In this document: piece by piece, positions 1 to 7,835 of the stretch
Position numbering within the stretch: the stretch's first letter is position 1
Layout of the letters: every line of letters begins with the position of its first letter
Assembly: GCF_000016745.1 (NCBI RefSeq)
Contig: NC_009483.1
Coordinates: 1,110,001-1,142,000, forward strand
DNA length: 32,000 nt
Direction: 5' to 3'
DNA from: Geotalea uraniireducens Rf4
GTDB lineage: Bacteria; Desulfobacterota; Desulfuromonadia; Geobacterales; Geobacteraceae
The notes under the pieces: generated by a model
Told to the model about the DNA's origin: nothing
Database searches by the model: none
The model's input: only the letters and a program-made list of their open reading frames with translations
Program-made: the position numbers and the translations under genes

Positions 1-1448
1 TGCTCGGCTTCAGCCGACTCGGCGGCAGCCCTCAGCTCTTCCTCTTTAAACCGGAGCAACTCTTCCGCAGCCAGTCTCTCGGCAACGGCGGCCTTTTCCG
101 CGTTCTGCGCTTCGGTGTATTTCTCTGCACTCCCTTTTTCAACTTCTGCAATTAATGCGGCGACTTCTTCTCCCGCGATTCTGTTCGCCTTCGCCTTTTC
201 AGCAGCGGCTTTCTCTTCAACGGCTTTTGCAACGGCAATCTTTTCTGCTTCTGTTTTTATTCTGGCTACCTCTTCCGCCGCCAGCCTCTCTGCTGTGGCT
301 GCTTGCTCGGCTTGCTGCGCTGCCATTGCCTTTTCCGCTGCAATCCGTTCTTCCTCGGCCATTTCAGCAACGGCTTTTTCCGCAGCGATCCTGTCGGCCT
401 TGGTCCGTTCGGCCATATCTCTTTGTTCTGCAACTGTCTCGGCAGCGCACCTCTCTGCCTCGACCAGTTTAGCTATTAGTTCTTCGGCAGCGCGCCGTTC
501 TCCAGCGGTCTTTTCATTCAGTTGTTTAATAAAAGCAACTTTTTCCGCGGCAATTCTTTCTGCTTCCATCCGTTCTTCTGAGGCGATTTCGGCGGCGCGC
601 ATTGCTTCTTCGGCCTTCATTGCGGCGGCTGCCATAGCAGCGCGCCGTTCCTCTTCGGCCTTGATCCTGGCAGCTTGCTCTGCAGCTAGCCGTTCCTGCT
701 CGGCCTTTATCCTTGCCGCTTCTTCAGCAACGATCCGTTCCTGCTCAGCCTTTATCCTTGCCGCTTCTTCAGCAGCGAGCCGTTCCTGCTCGGCCCTTAT
801 CCTTGCCGCTTCTTCCGCAGCAAGCCGTTCCTGCTCGGCCTTTATCCTGGCCGCTTCTTCCGCAGCGATCCGTTCCTGCTCGGCCTTTATCCGTACCGCC
901 TCTTCTGCGGCGCGCCGTTCTTCCTCCGCCTTTATCCTGGCGGCTTTCTCTGCGTTGAGTCGTTCTTCTTCAGCCTTCATCATTGTTTCTTCAGCAGCGC
1001 GCCGGTCCGTCTCGGCCTGTTGCGCCGCGGCTTTTTCGGCTTCAGCCCTTTGTTTCGCGGCGAGGCGGGGCGCGCTTACGGGGCGCAGCACGCGGATGCC
1101 GCGCAGGACTACCTCCCGAAGTGCCACGCTGTAGTTCAGGTTGACGCGCTCCATGACAAATCCCAGGGATTTTGCATAATCGAGGGCTTTATCCAGCTGG
1201 CGTTGGTAGTCAGCCGGCTCTTCCGACGCTTCAGGAGTGTAAATCCGGGTCTTTCTGCTGTTTTTAAGTGAGAGCGCCACATAGACACGAACGGCGCCAT
1301 TTTCTTTGACAGCACAGACGTAGGCATCACATGGTTGGTTTTGAAGGTTTTCCGGCGTGATGGCGATTGCGGCTGTGGACTGGTATACCTCAACCACGTC
1401 CGATTCTGCGGCTTCAATAAAACTGAGCGACGTATCCAGAGTAAACAT
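1..1448 (-). CDS. hypothetical coiled-coil protein, Glu/Ala/Arg/Lys-rich with 15-aa tandem repeats (partial; C-terminus lies beyond the left window edge)
   Basis: Hand translation of the minus strand from ATG at 1448-1446 (MFTLDTSLSFIEAAESDVVEVYQSTAAIAITPENLQ...) stays open for about 482 codons down to position 1. It is absent from the ORF track because it has no stop in the window. A ~125-aa non-repetitive N-terminus is followed by a long E/A/R/K-rich region including 7 EEAARIKAEQERLAA-like units. Track ORF 115..1134 (+) is its low-complexity antisense shadow. Confidence 0.65.
   Translation of the reverse strand, partial: MFTLDTSLSFIEAAESDVVEVYQSTAAIAITPENLQNQPCDAYVCAVKENGAVRVYVALSLKNSRKTRIYTPEASEEPADYQRQLDKALDYAKSLGFVMERVNLNYSVALREVVLRGIRVLRPVSAPRLAAKQRAEAEKAAAQQAETDRRAAEETMMKAEEERLNAEKAARIKAEEERRAAEEAVRIKAEQERIAAEEAARIKAEQERLAAEEAARIRAEQERLAAEEAARIKAEQERIVAEEAARIKAEQERLAAEQAARIKAEEERRAAMAAAAMKAEEAMRAAEIASEERMEAERIAAEKVAFIKQLNEKTAGERRAAEELIAKLVEAERCAAETVAEQRDMAERTKADRIAAEKAVAEMAEEERIAAEKAMAAQQAEQAATAERLAAEEVARIKTEAEKIAVAKAVEEKAAAEKAKANRIAGEEVAALIAEVEKGSAEKYTEAQNAEKAAVAERLAAEELLRFKEEELRAAAESAEAE
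630..945 (-). repeat. in-frame 45-bp (15-codon) tandem repeat, about 7 units, inside the coiled-coil CDS
   Basis: A unit such as ccttgccgcttcttcagcaacgatccgttcctgctcagcctttat recurs head-to-tail with a few substitutions. On the minus strand it encodes EEAARIKAEQER(L/I)AA. Confidence 0.8.
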
Positions 1449-1506
1449 CCGAACCCCACAATAGTGTTGAAAGAATTCCCGTCAGCTTAACCCGTTTGTA
1501 TTAATA

Positions 1507-1715
1507 CCAATTCCAATCAAGGCGCTATCTTCGTTGGCTCGTCTTCGGCTCCTCAACGTACCCCTCACTCTATCTCTCTCAGAGGGAGAGAGTATACTGT
1601 TTACCCTCTCCCTCCGGACCCAAAGGGCCTAAAGGAGAGGGTGGCCAAAGGCCAGGTGAGGGCCTTCATCGCCTCAATCCTCGCCGCCTTGATTTCATCC
1701 TTGATTTGAAATTGG
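1507..1715. repeat. MITE-like palindromic element, copy A (with a nested ~100-bp palindromic insert)
   Basis: The left end ccaattccaatcaaggcgctatcttcgttggctcgtcttcggctcctcaacgta (1507-1560) is nearly identical to 31908-31972. The right end ccttgatttgaaattgg (1699-1715) is the inverted complement of the left terminus. The centre (1561-1660) holds nested stems ccctcac/gtgaggg, ctctatctctctc/gagggagagag and accctctcc/ggagagggt. Confidence 0.6.
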
Positions 1716-1741
1716 AATAAGGGGCAACTTTTGCAGCATCT

Positions 1742-2932
1742 TCACAGGAACCAGCTTACCGGCGAGCAGAGCCGCTCCAAAAACCGCACGTACCAGCCCC
1801 GCTTTTCATGCTCCGCGAGCATTATCCGCCTTGATCCCGCCAAATCGACGGCCAGCATCTCCGCCACTTGTTTGCCGAATTCAAGACTGTCGACAATGAC
1901 ATTTACCTCGTAGTTACGGTGAAAGCTTCGCTGGTCGAGGTTGGCCGAGCCGATCACCGACCAGCACTCGTCGATGAGCATCACCTTGGCATGAAGCATG
2001 GTCCCTTCCCGCTCAAAGATCTCTATGCCGCTTCGCAACAGGGGCGCATAGTAGGTCCGACTGACAAGCTTGACCAGCGGCACGTCGCTCTTGGCAGGAA
2101 AGATGAGCCGGACTTGCACCCCGCGGCCGGCAGCCCGCAACAACGAACGCGTAACGCGCGGTCCCGGAATAAAATATGGATTGGCTATGGTTATGCTGTC
2201 GGAGGCCCCGGCAATGGCCATGCGGAAGGCGCTGCGGATGAAAGATCGGTTATGGTGCGGCCCGCCGTTTACTATGAATACTTCGTCGGCGCCCGGTGGG
2301 TCCGATAGCTGATAGTTGTCCGCGCAACCCTCGGGGACTTTCCGCTTTTCACTGTGCCAGCTTTCCCGGAAAAGTCTCTGTAATTCCTGGACAGCCGGGC
2401 CTTCTATTCGTATTCCCACATCCCGCCAGCGGTGGGCGTTTTCGCCGTGGCCGGCATACTCGTCGCCGATGTTGAGTCCGCCGGTGAAGGCCGTTTTCCC
2501 ATCGATAACGGCAATCTTCCGGTGATCACGTTTGTCGAACCAGGCAATCCCCTTTCTGAAGGGGGGCGGATTGAATGGACAGCAGGCGACTCCTCCCTTT
2601 TCCAGTCGGCGGAAAAACGAACCCGGCGTATCAAAGCAGCCGATGTAGTCATAGAGGAGGTAAACCATGACGCCGCGTGCCGCAGCTGCGAGGAGGGTGT
2701 CGGCAAAAGCACGGCCGGTAGCGTCATCGCGAATGATGTAAAATTCCAGGCATACCGTGCGCTCGGCCTGGTGAATCGCCTGGAACATGGCCGGGAAAAA
2801 TTCTCCTCCCTGCTTGAAGAGTTCAACCCGATTTCCCCTGGTGGAGAATGCCTCGGTGTTCCTTCTGAACAGATTGAAGAACCTGGGGGAGCGAAAGGCA
2901 AGATATTTTCTTTTCCGCCGCAATAAAGTCAT
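1742..2932 (-). CDS. cls: phospholipase D family protein / cardiolipin synthase (ClsB-like, two HKD motifs)
   Basis: There are two HxK(x)4D motifs: HRKIAVIDGKTAFTGGLNIGDEY and LHAKVMLIDECWSVIGSANLDQRS. The start is uncertain. ATG at 2932 (MTLLRRKRKY) is chosen; the track start at 3007 is a GTG. Confidence 0.85.
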   Translation of the reverse strand: MTLLRRKRKYLAFRSPRFFNLFRRNTEAFSTRGNRVELFKQGGEFFPAMFQAIHQAERTVCLEFYIIRDDATGRAFADTLLAAAARGVMVYLLYDYIGCFDTPGSFFRRLEKGGVACCPFNPPPFRKGIAWFDKRDHRKIAVIDGKTAFTGGLNIGDEYAGHGENAHRWRDVGIRIEGPAVQELQRLFRESWHSEKRKVPEGCADNYQLSDPPGADEVFIVNGGPHHNRSFIRSAFRMAIAGASDSITIANPYFIPGPRVTRSLLRAAGRGVQVRLIFPAKSDVPLVKLVSRTYYAPLLRSGIEIFEREGTMLHAKVMLIDECWSVIGSANLDQRSFHRNYEVNVIVDSLEFGKQVAEMLAVDLAGSRRIMLAEHEKRGWYVRFLERLCSPVSWFL

Positions 2933-3024
2933 AATAATCAGCCATTTTTGAGCGAGAATAGAAAAAGCGGGGATGTCTCCTCGCAGTCTATAAATGTGCT
3001 GCTGCACTATTATAACTTTTAAAT

Positions 3025-3063
3025 GGGGAAAAAGTAAAGGCGCGGATCGTAATCACGCGCCTT
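3025..3063 (-). terminator. putative intrinsic terminator after the 66-aa gene
   Basis: Stem aaggcgcg (3037-3044) pairs with cgcgcctt (3056-3063). On the minus strand it is followed by a T-rich tract (tacttttt). Confidence 0.45.
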
Positions 3064-3068
3064 ACCGG

Positions 3069-3269
3069 TTAATCTTCGTAAGCGACTACCCTTACCAGGC
3101 CGATCGTCTCTCCCTTGTCATCGGTCGTGGCCGAGTCGGAAACCGAGATGATCCGTTTTACACCATTTTCCGCGACAAACTGGTTTACCATAGCATCAAA
3201 CTCGTGGAGTTCCCTCATTGTTTTCATGGGCCTGATTTCTATGCCGAATGACTTGACTTTGAAAGACAT
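3069..3269 (-). CDS. small hypothetical protein (66 aa)
   Basis: ATG at 3269 is preceded by aaggaggtgcacc (strong RBS). The sequence is MSFKVKSFGIEIRPMKTMRELHEFDAMVNQF...; the longer track ORF (start 3335) lacks an RBS. No family recognised. Confidence 0.6.
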   Translation of the reverse strand: MSFKVKSFGIEIRPMKTMRELHEFDAMVNQFVAENGVKRIISVSDSATTDDKGETIGLVRVVAYED

Positions 3270-3348
3270 GGTGCACCTCCTTAACCGTTGATGTTGGGTG
3301 ATATGAGACAGCTGCAGCCACATGACGCCCGGCAAGCGGCGCCTGGAA

Positions 3349-3570
3349 TCAGACGGAAATTACTTCCTTCACTCCCGGCACCTTTTCCTTCAGGGTTCTT
3401 TCGATACCCATCTTCAATGTCATGGTAGACATGGGGCAATGGCCGCAGGCGCCGACCAGCTTCACTTTCACCACGCCGTCTTCGGTAACTTCCACCAGCT
3501 CCACATCGCCGCCGTCCGCCTGCAAATTGGGGCGGATCAGATCCAATACTTTCTTTACCTCTTCGATCAT
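3349..3570 (-). CDS. NifU C-terminal domain (Nfu-type) iron-sulfur cluster scaffold/carrier protein
   Basis: 73 aa containing the [20 protein letters not shown] CxxC motif typical of NifU/Nfu C-terminal domains. RBS aaggag lies upstream of the ATG. Confidence 0.9.
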   Translation of the reverse strand: MIEEVKKVLDLIRPNLQADGGDVELVEVTEDGVVKVKLVGACGHCPMSTMTLKMGIERTLKEKVPGVKEVISV

Positions 3571-3685
3571 TGTTTTCTCCTTTTTAGTGTTTTTCGTTCA
3601 AGGCTCAACGCATTTGTTCAACATGAACGTTCATCAAAGGGCGAACGCCGTTTGCCCCTACATTTCACCATTCACCAGTTACCAT

Positions 3686-5089
3686 TCACTGCCTTTTCCC
3701 CGGCACTCCGGGATTTGTCAATGGATATGGGTCGAGTATCTCCGCCAGCTTTTCCGGTGAGAGGATTTTGCGGGCGATGATGATTTCCTTGATGCTTTGT
3801 CCGCTTTGCATCGATTCCTTCGCCACTTCGGCCGCTGCCGCGTACCCCACGTAGGGGGCCAGCACAGTGGCCAGTCCCACCGATGCTTCCAGGTTGCTGT
3901 TGCAGCGCGTTTCGTTGGCGGTAATCCCCTTAATGCACGATTCGGTGAACTGTTTCACGCTGTTTCTTATAATTTCCATGGAAAAGAGGATATTGAAGGC
4001 GATCACCGGCATCATTACGTTCAGTTCCAGCTGTCCGGCCTGGGCTGCCAGTGTTACCGTGGTGTCGGCGCCGATGACCTGGAAGGCGACCATGTCGGTT
4101 ACCTCCGCCATCACCGGATTGACCTTGCCCGGCATGATGGACGAGCCTGGTTGCAATGCTGGCAGGTTGATTTCGTTGAATCCCGTCCGCGGGCCGGATG
4201 AGAGGAGACGGAGATCGTTGGCGATCCGCACCAGGTTGATGGCTAGCCCTTTTAGTGCGGAACTGAGGGTCACGAAGGGGTCCATATTCTGGGTGGTTTC
4301 GACCATGTTGGCCGCTCTGTAAACCGGCAGGCTCGTTTCCCTGCCGATTTCTTCGATCACCAGGTCGATATAGCGCGCTTCGGCATTGAGGCCGGTTCCT
4401 ACCGCAGTCCCGCCGAGGCCCAGTTCACAGAGATTGGGGCGGCAGCGTTCGAGGCCGGCCAGGTTTTTTTCCATGGCTGCGGCGTAGGCCTCGAACTCCT
4501 GGCCGAGCCGGATAGGGACTGCATCCTGGAGGTGGGTGCGTCCCGATTTGAGGATCCGGTCGAACTCCGTACCTTTGGCGTGCAATGCATCACACAGGGT
4601 TTCCAGTTCCTGGTGAAGGAGGAAGAGCATGTGCAATGCCGAGAGACGCATGGCTGTTGGAAAAACATCATTGGTGGACTGGGCCATGTTGACATGATCG
4701 TTGGGGTGCACCCGGTCGTATGCGCCGAGTGCTCCGCCGAGCAGCTCGTTGGCCCGGTTGGCAAGCACTTCGTTGACGTTCATGTTGTGGGAGGTGCCGG
4801 CGCCTGCCTGGAACGGGTCGACGACGAAGTGCCCGGCGAATTTTCCGGCCAGCGACTCTTCTGCGGCCTGCACAATGGCGGCCCCGATCTTTTCGTCAAG
4901 GCGGCCGGTGGCCATATTGGCCTTTGCCGCGCACTTTTTGATGACCAGTGTGCCCCAGACGAGGGCAGGGTGGGGCCGTAACCCGGAAATGTGAAAATTT
5001 GCCGCAGCCCGGGCGGTCTGTGCACCGTAGTATGCTTCAGCGGGAACCTCAACCGTGCCGAGTGTATCTTTTTCCAGACGTGTCGCCAT
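3686..5089 (-). CDS. aspA: aspartate ammonia-lyase (class II fumarase/aspartase superfamily)
   Basis: It has the GSSIMPGKVNP signature loop. LRLLSSGPRTGFNEINLPALQPGSSIMPGKVNPV resembles AspA (RLLSSGPRAGLNEINLP) more than FumC (WLASGPRCGIGEISIP). ATG at 5089 follows aaggag; the track start 5092 is a GTG one codon upstream. A fumarase-like activity cannot be excluded. Confidence 0.85.
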   Translation of the reverse strand: MATRLEKDTLGTVEVPAEAYYGAQTARAAANFHISGLRPHPALVWGTLVIKKCAAKANMATGRLDEKIGAAIVQAAEESLAGKFAGHFVVDPFQAGAGTSHNMNVNEVLANRANELLGGALGAYDRVHPNDHVNMAQSTNDVFPTAMRLSALHMLFLLHQELETLCDALHAKGTEFDRILKSGRTHLQDAVPIRLGQEFEAYAAAMEKNLAGLERCRPNLCELGLGGTAVGTGLNAEARYIDLVIEEIGRETSLPVYRAANMVETTQNMDPFVTLSSALKGLAINLVRIANDLRLLSSGPRTGFNEINLPALQPGSSIMPGKVNPVMAEVTDMVAFQVIGADTTVTLAAQAGQLELNVMMPVIAFNILFSMEIIRNSVKQFTESCIKGITANETRCNSNLEASVGLATVLAPYVGYAAAAEVAKESMQSGQSIKEIIIARKILSPEKLAEILDPYPLTNPGVPGKRQ

Positions 5090-5116
5090 CACTGCTCCTT
5101 AATGGAGGACCATGCA

Positions 5117-5227
5117 ACCACCGACCACCGACCACCGACCATCGACCACCGACCACCGACCACCGACCACCGACCACCGACCACCGACCACCGACCACCG
5201 ACCACCGACCGCCGACCGCCGACCGCC
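5117..5227. repeat. heptanucleotide tandem repeat (ACCACCG)n, about 16 units with ACCATCG and ACCGCCG variants
   Basis: It can be read directly: accaccg accaccg accaccg accatcg accaccg ... accgccg accgcc. It fills the spacer between the ferritin-like gene stop (5227-5229) and the aspA RBS/start. Confidence 0.95.
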
Positions 5228-5688
5228 TATTTACCGCCTTTAATCCCCTGATATTTTTCCGTAATCACCCGCAGGTGTTCGGCTTCTTCGTCCCGCAGTG
5301 TCTGGAGCATCATCCTGCCGTCAGGATCGACGGTTTTCTGCAACAGTTCGTCGAAATAGGCGATTCCCTTTTTTTCGATATCCATGGCGATTTGCAGGGC
5401 TTCAAGGTTGCTGGTTTCAAAGCCGACATGCGTCCCTTCAGTTTCCGGTTCCAGGGTGATGGTAGAGCCGCCGTAGAAGACCCAGCGGCCGCTCTCGTCA
5501 AGTGATGTGTAGAGTTCGCTCAGTTTCAGGTAGTGCTGCTCCTCGCTCTTGGCCAGCCACTTGAAAATCCGCTTTCCGCCAGGGTTAAAGGTCTTCTGTT
5601 CGGCCCCGGTATAGAAATCAAAGGTCTCCTTTTCGATTTCCATGGCGCGCATCAGGGCGTCCAGTACCTCTTTCTTGTTGTCGCTCAT
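5227..5688 (-). CDS. ferritin-like (rubrerythrin-type four-helix-bundle) domain protein
   Basis: MSDNKKEVLDALMRAMEIEKETFDFYTG...EEQHY...ALQIAMDIEKKGIAYFDEL...DEEAEHL shows two E...ExxH half-sites typical of ferritin-like diiron proteins. ATG at 5688 has RBS aaggagaacct. The track N-terminal extension has no support. Confidence 0.75.
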   Translation of the reverse strand: MSDNKKEVLDALMRAMEIEKETFDFYTGAEQKTFNPGGKRIFKWLAKSEEQHYLKLSELYTSLDESGRWVFYGGSTITLEPETEGTHVGFETSNLEALQIAMDIEKKGIAYFDELLQKTVDPDGRMMLQTLRDEEAEHLRVITEKYQGIKGGK

Positions 5689-6323
5689 AGGTTCTCCTTG
5701 GATAGTAGTTTTGCAAGGGAAAGCAGTTCCACCACGCTGTTGACGAGAAACACCGCGCACCCCATCGTTGCGGGGAGGCGCAGGTCGATGTCGTAACGGT
5801 CCCCGATAAACAGGCATTCGCCGGGCTTTCTGTCAATCACGTTCAGGATGGTTTCCAGGCTGTCCCGATCCGGTTTTGGCCGCCAGAAATCTTCAATGGT
5901 GAAGACGCGCCTGAATAGTCCGCTTACGCCGATCAGATCCATGATTGCGGTCGACAGCCGACGGTTGTTGTTGGTGTAAAGGTAAAGCTCGAAATTCTCG
6001 CCGAGGGTCTGCAGCAGATCCACCACCCGCCGGTCACGGCTGAGAAAGCTCTGGGGGCGTATCTCCTCTGCAAAGCGGTTGTGCAGTGCACGGAGATCTC
6101 CGCCGAGGGCCATTATTGCGTGGCTCAGGGTTGAATCGAAACCGCTTGATCGGGACAGGTTCTCTTTTGTCTGCCCGATGAGTGCGTCAGCCTCATCGTG
6201 TGTGACACCCTTCATGTCCGCAAGGTAGCGGCAGGCAACACTGGATATTTTCATGCCCAGGTCGTTGTTGACATAGAGGGTGCCGTCCAGATCAAAAACA
6301 AGTGCCTTCATCTCGTTCTGCAA
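5685..6323 (-). CDS. HAD-superfamily hydrolase
   Basis: It has the N-terminal FDLDGTLY (DxDxT) motif and a C-terminal GDRYDIDL motif. The start is either TTG at 6323 or ATG at 6311 (MKALVFDLDGT). Confidence 0.8.
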   Translation of the reverse strand: MQNEMKALVFDLDGTLYVNNDLGMKISSVACRYLADMKGVTHDEADALIGQTKENLSRSSGFDSTLSHAIMALGGDLRALHNRFAEEIRPQSFLSRDRRVVDLLQTLGENFELYLYTNNNRRLSTAIMDLIGVSGLFRRVFTIEDFWRPKPDRDSLETILNVIDRKPGECLFIGDRYDIDLRLPATMGCAVFLVNSVVELLSLAKLLSKENL

Positions 6324-6384
6324 ATGCGCATCCTTTTAAGATCGTTGAATGGTTGAGTCAAGTCTAGCATCATCCAGATGCCTG

Positions 6385-7542
6385 TCAAAAGCATTTCCCC
6401 CAGTCCCTCATGCAGAGGAGCTGCGGATTATCCACACCTTTTGCCTGGATCAGCACCTTGAAAGTGTCGCCCATACCGCCGTCGGGAAGCATGAGCTTTT
6501 TGAGCGCCAGCCGGTTTTTAATAAGTTCCGTTTCGGATACGCCGCTTTTTTCAAGGGCGAGCATCTCCTCCATGAGCCCTGCGCCCAAGAGGAAACGATA
6601 CTGCTCCCCGAACCAAACCGTGTGCAGCCCAAGTTCTTCGCCCCGTTCCATGAGTGCCGTGAAATTCACATGGCTGGTGATGTCCTGAAGGCCGACGCGG
6701 ATATAGGGGCTTTCTTCCGTTGTATGCTGGTAGTAGCAGAGGAGCGTGCCGTTCTTGCGCATAGGCGCGTAGAGTTCGTCGGCAGGATAGCCGTAATCGA
6801 TGGTCAGGACGAATCCCTTTTCAACAGCTTTTGCCGCTGCTTCCAGCCAGCCTATGGCCGCCAGGCTGATCTCGGCCCGCTGACCTGCGAAAAGCGAGAT
6901 GCCGAGGCGTTTCAGGTAGGCGGCCAGTTCCGGTGTGGACGGTTCGTCGAGCATTTCTCCGAATTCGCCATCCAATGCCGTGACGTAGACTTCCATGAGT
7001 CCGGCCGGGGTCATCTCCACCAGGTGGACCGGCATGGCGTCAATCAGCTCGTTGGACAAGAGGCAGCCGCTGAAGGTCGATCCGCCCTCGGCGAGCTCTT
7101 CCGGCGTATGCCAGTCGAGGCGCGCCAGGTGGTCTGCAAGCTTGGCCTTTTGGGCTTCCTTGAGGGTCGGTTCCTTCTCGACCAGGCAATAGGTCAGGGT
7201 GTCGTAAAATGGTAGGTTGATTCCCGCGATGGTATCGAGGATATCCTTTGCCAGTTGCCCCGCGCCTGCGCCAGCCTCGATGATGTCGAACCGGCCGGGA
7301 GAGCCCATGCTTTCCCACATGCGGCAGATTTCCCTGGCGACCAGGCGGCCGAATACCAGGTGGACGTTCATGCTCGTGTAGAAATCCCCTTCCGCCCCGA
7401 CCTTGCGACCAGGAGAGGTATAGTAGCCGAGCCCCGGCTCATAGAGGCAGGCTGCCATGAAATCGGCAAAGGTGATTCGGCCCTTCGACAGTATGCGGTC
7501 GAGGAGAATAGTTTTCAAAGGGGTCATAGTATCGGTTTCCAT
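6385..7542 (-). CDS. class I SAM-dependent methyltransferase, MidA/NDUFAF7 (DUF185) family
   Basis: ITFADFMAACLYEPGLGYYTS...GDFYTS...IIEAGAGAGQLAKDIL matches the MidA-type N-terminus and GxGxG SAM motif. ATG at 7542 is preceded by ggaggccgg. Confidence 0.8.
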   Translation of the reverse strand: METDTMTPLKTILLDRILSKGRITFADFMAACLYEPGLGYYTSPGRKVGAEGDFYTSMNVHLVFGRLVAREICRMWESMGSPGRFDIIEAGAGAGQLAKDILDTIAGINLPFYDTLTYCLVEKEPTLKEAQKAKLADHLARLDWHTPEELAEGGSTFSGCLLSNELIDAMPVHLVEMTPAGLMEVYVTALDGEFGEMLDEPSTPELAAYLKRLGISLFAGQRAEISLAAIGWLEAAAKAVEKGFVLTIDYGYPADELYAPMRKNGTLLCYYQHTTEESPYIRVGLQDITSHVNFTALMERGEELGLHTVWFGEQYRFLLGAGLMEEMLALEKSGVSETELIKNRLALKKLMLPDGGMGDTFKVLIQAKGVDNPQLLCMRDWGKCF

Positions 7543-7766
7543 CCGGCCTCCAGAAAGTCTCACCTTTATAGAGCATGCCCGCATTTTTGTCAACTTGGCG
7601 GCCTTTGCGCCACCTGCGAGAAACGTGGGGCTGTTCCGGGTGGTAACGTAGTGAGCTTTAATTGCGCGGATGAATTAAATGATCAAAATATGCGGATCAA
7701 ATAATATTAGTGGAGTTACGGTTAAAGTTTCGCAAGCCGCTGTCGAATAGGGAAATACCATGTACA

Positions 7767-7832
7767 GGCGGTCGGCAGTCGGCAGTCGGCAGTAGATGTT
7801 GATGAACCATCGACCACCGACTGCCGACTGCC
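7767..7832. repeat. inverted array of heptamers (GTCGGCA x3 / ACCATCG-ACCACCG-ACTGCCG-ACTGCC) forming a long hairpin
   Basis: ggcggtcggcagtcggcagtcggcagt (7767-7793) and accatcgaccaccgactgccgactgcc (7806-7832) are largely complementary. They are built from the same heptamer family as 5117-5227. The hairpin lies just downstream of the WYL gene stop, with a T-tract on the + strand side (cttttattta). Confidence 0.85.
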
Positions 7833-7835
7833 CTT

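Noticed and set aside
115-1134. 339-aa + strand ORF (poly Ser/Ala/Phe, MYFSALPFSTSAINAATSS...), with nested ORFs 155..472 and 713..958
   Set aside because: It is a low-complexity antisense shadow of the minus-strand E/A/R/K coiled-coil gene. The minus frame has a proper ATG, a non-repetitive N-domain and biologically sensible coiled-coil sequence.
1136-1459. 107-aa minus-strand ORF MGFGCLLWIRRS...
   Set aside because: It is in the wrong frame relative to the open frame starting at ATG 1448 that continues to the window edge. The sequence is Arg/Trp/Ser-rich and non-protein-like.
4948-5505. ORFs translating the heptamer tract as (PPTTDHR)n repeat proteins (4948..5505 and 4991..5251, + strand)
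   Set aside because: The repeat period is 7 nt (a 21-nt apparent codon period is an artefact). The ORFs overlap the aspA and ferritin-like genes in antisense and have no RBS.
6349-7215. 288-aa + strand ORF opposite the MidA-like methyltransferase
   Set aside because: It is an antisense shadow ORF in a GC-rich gene. The minus strand carries clear SAM-methyltransferase/MidA motifs and an RBS.
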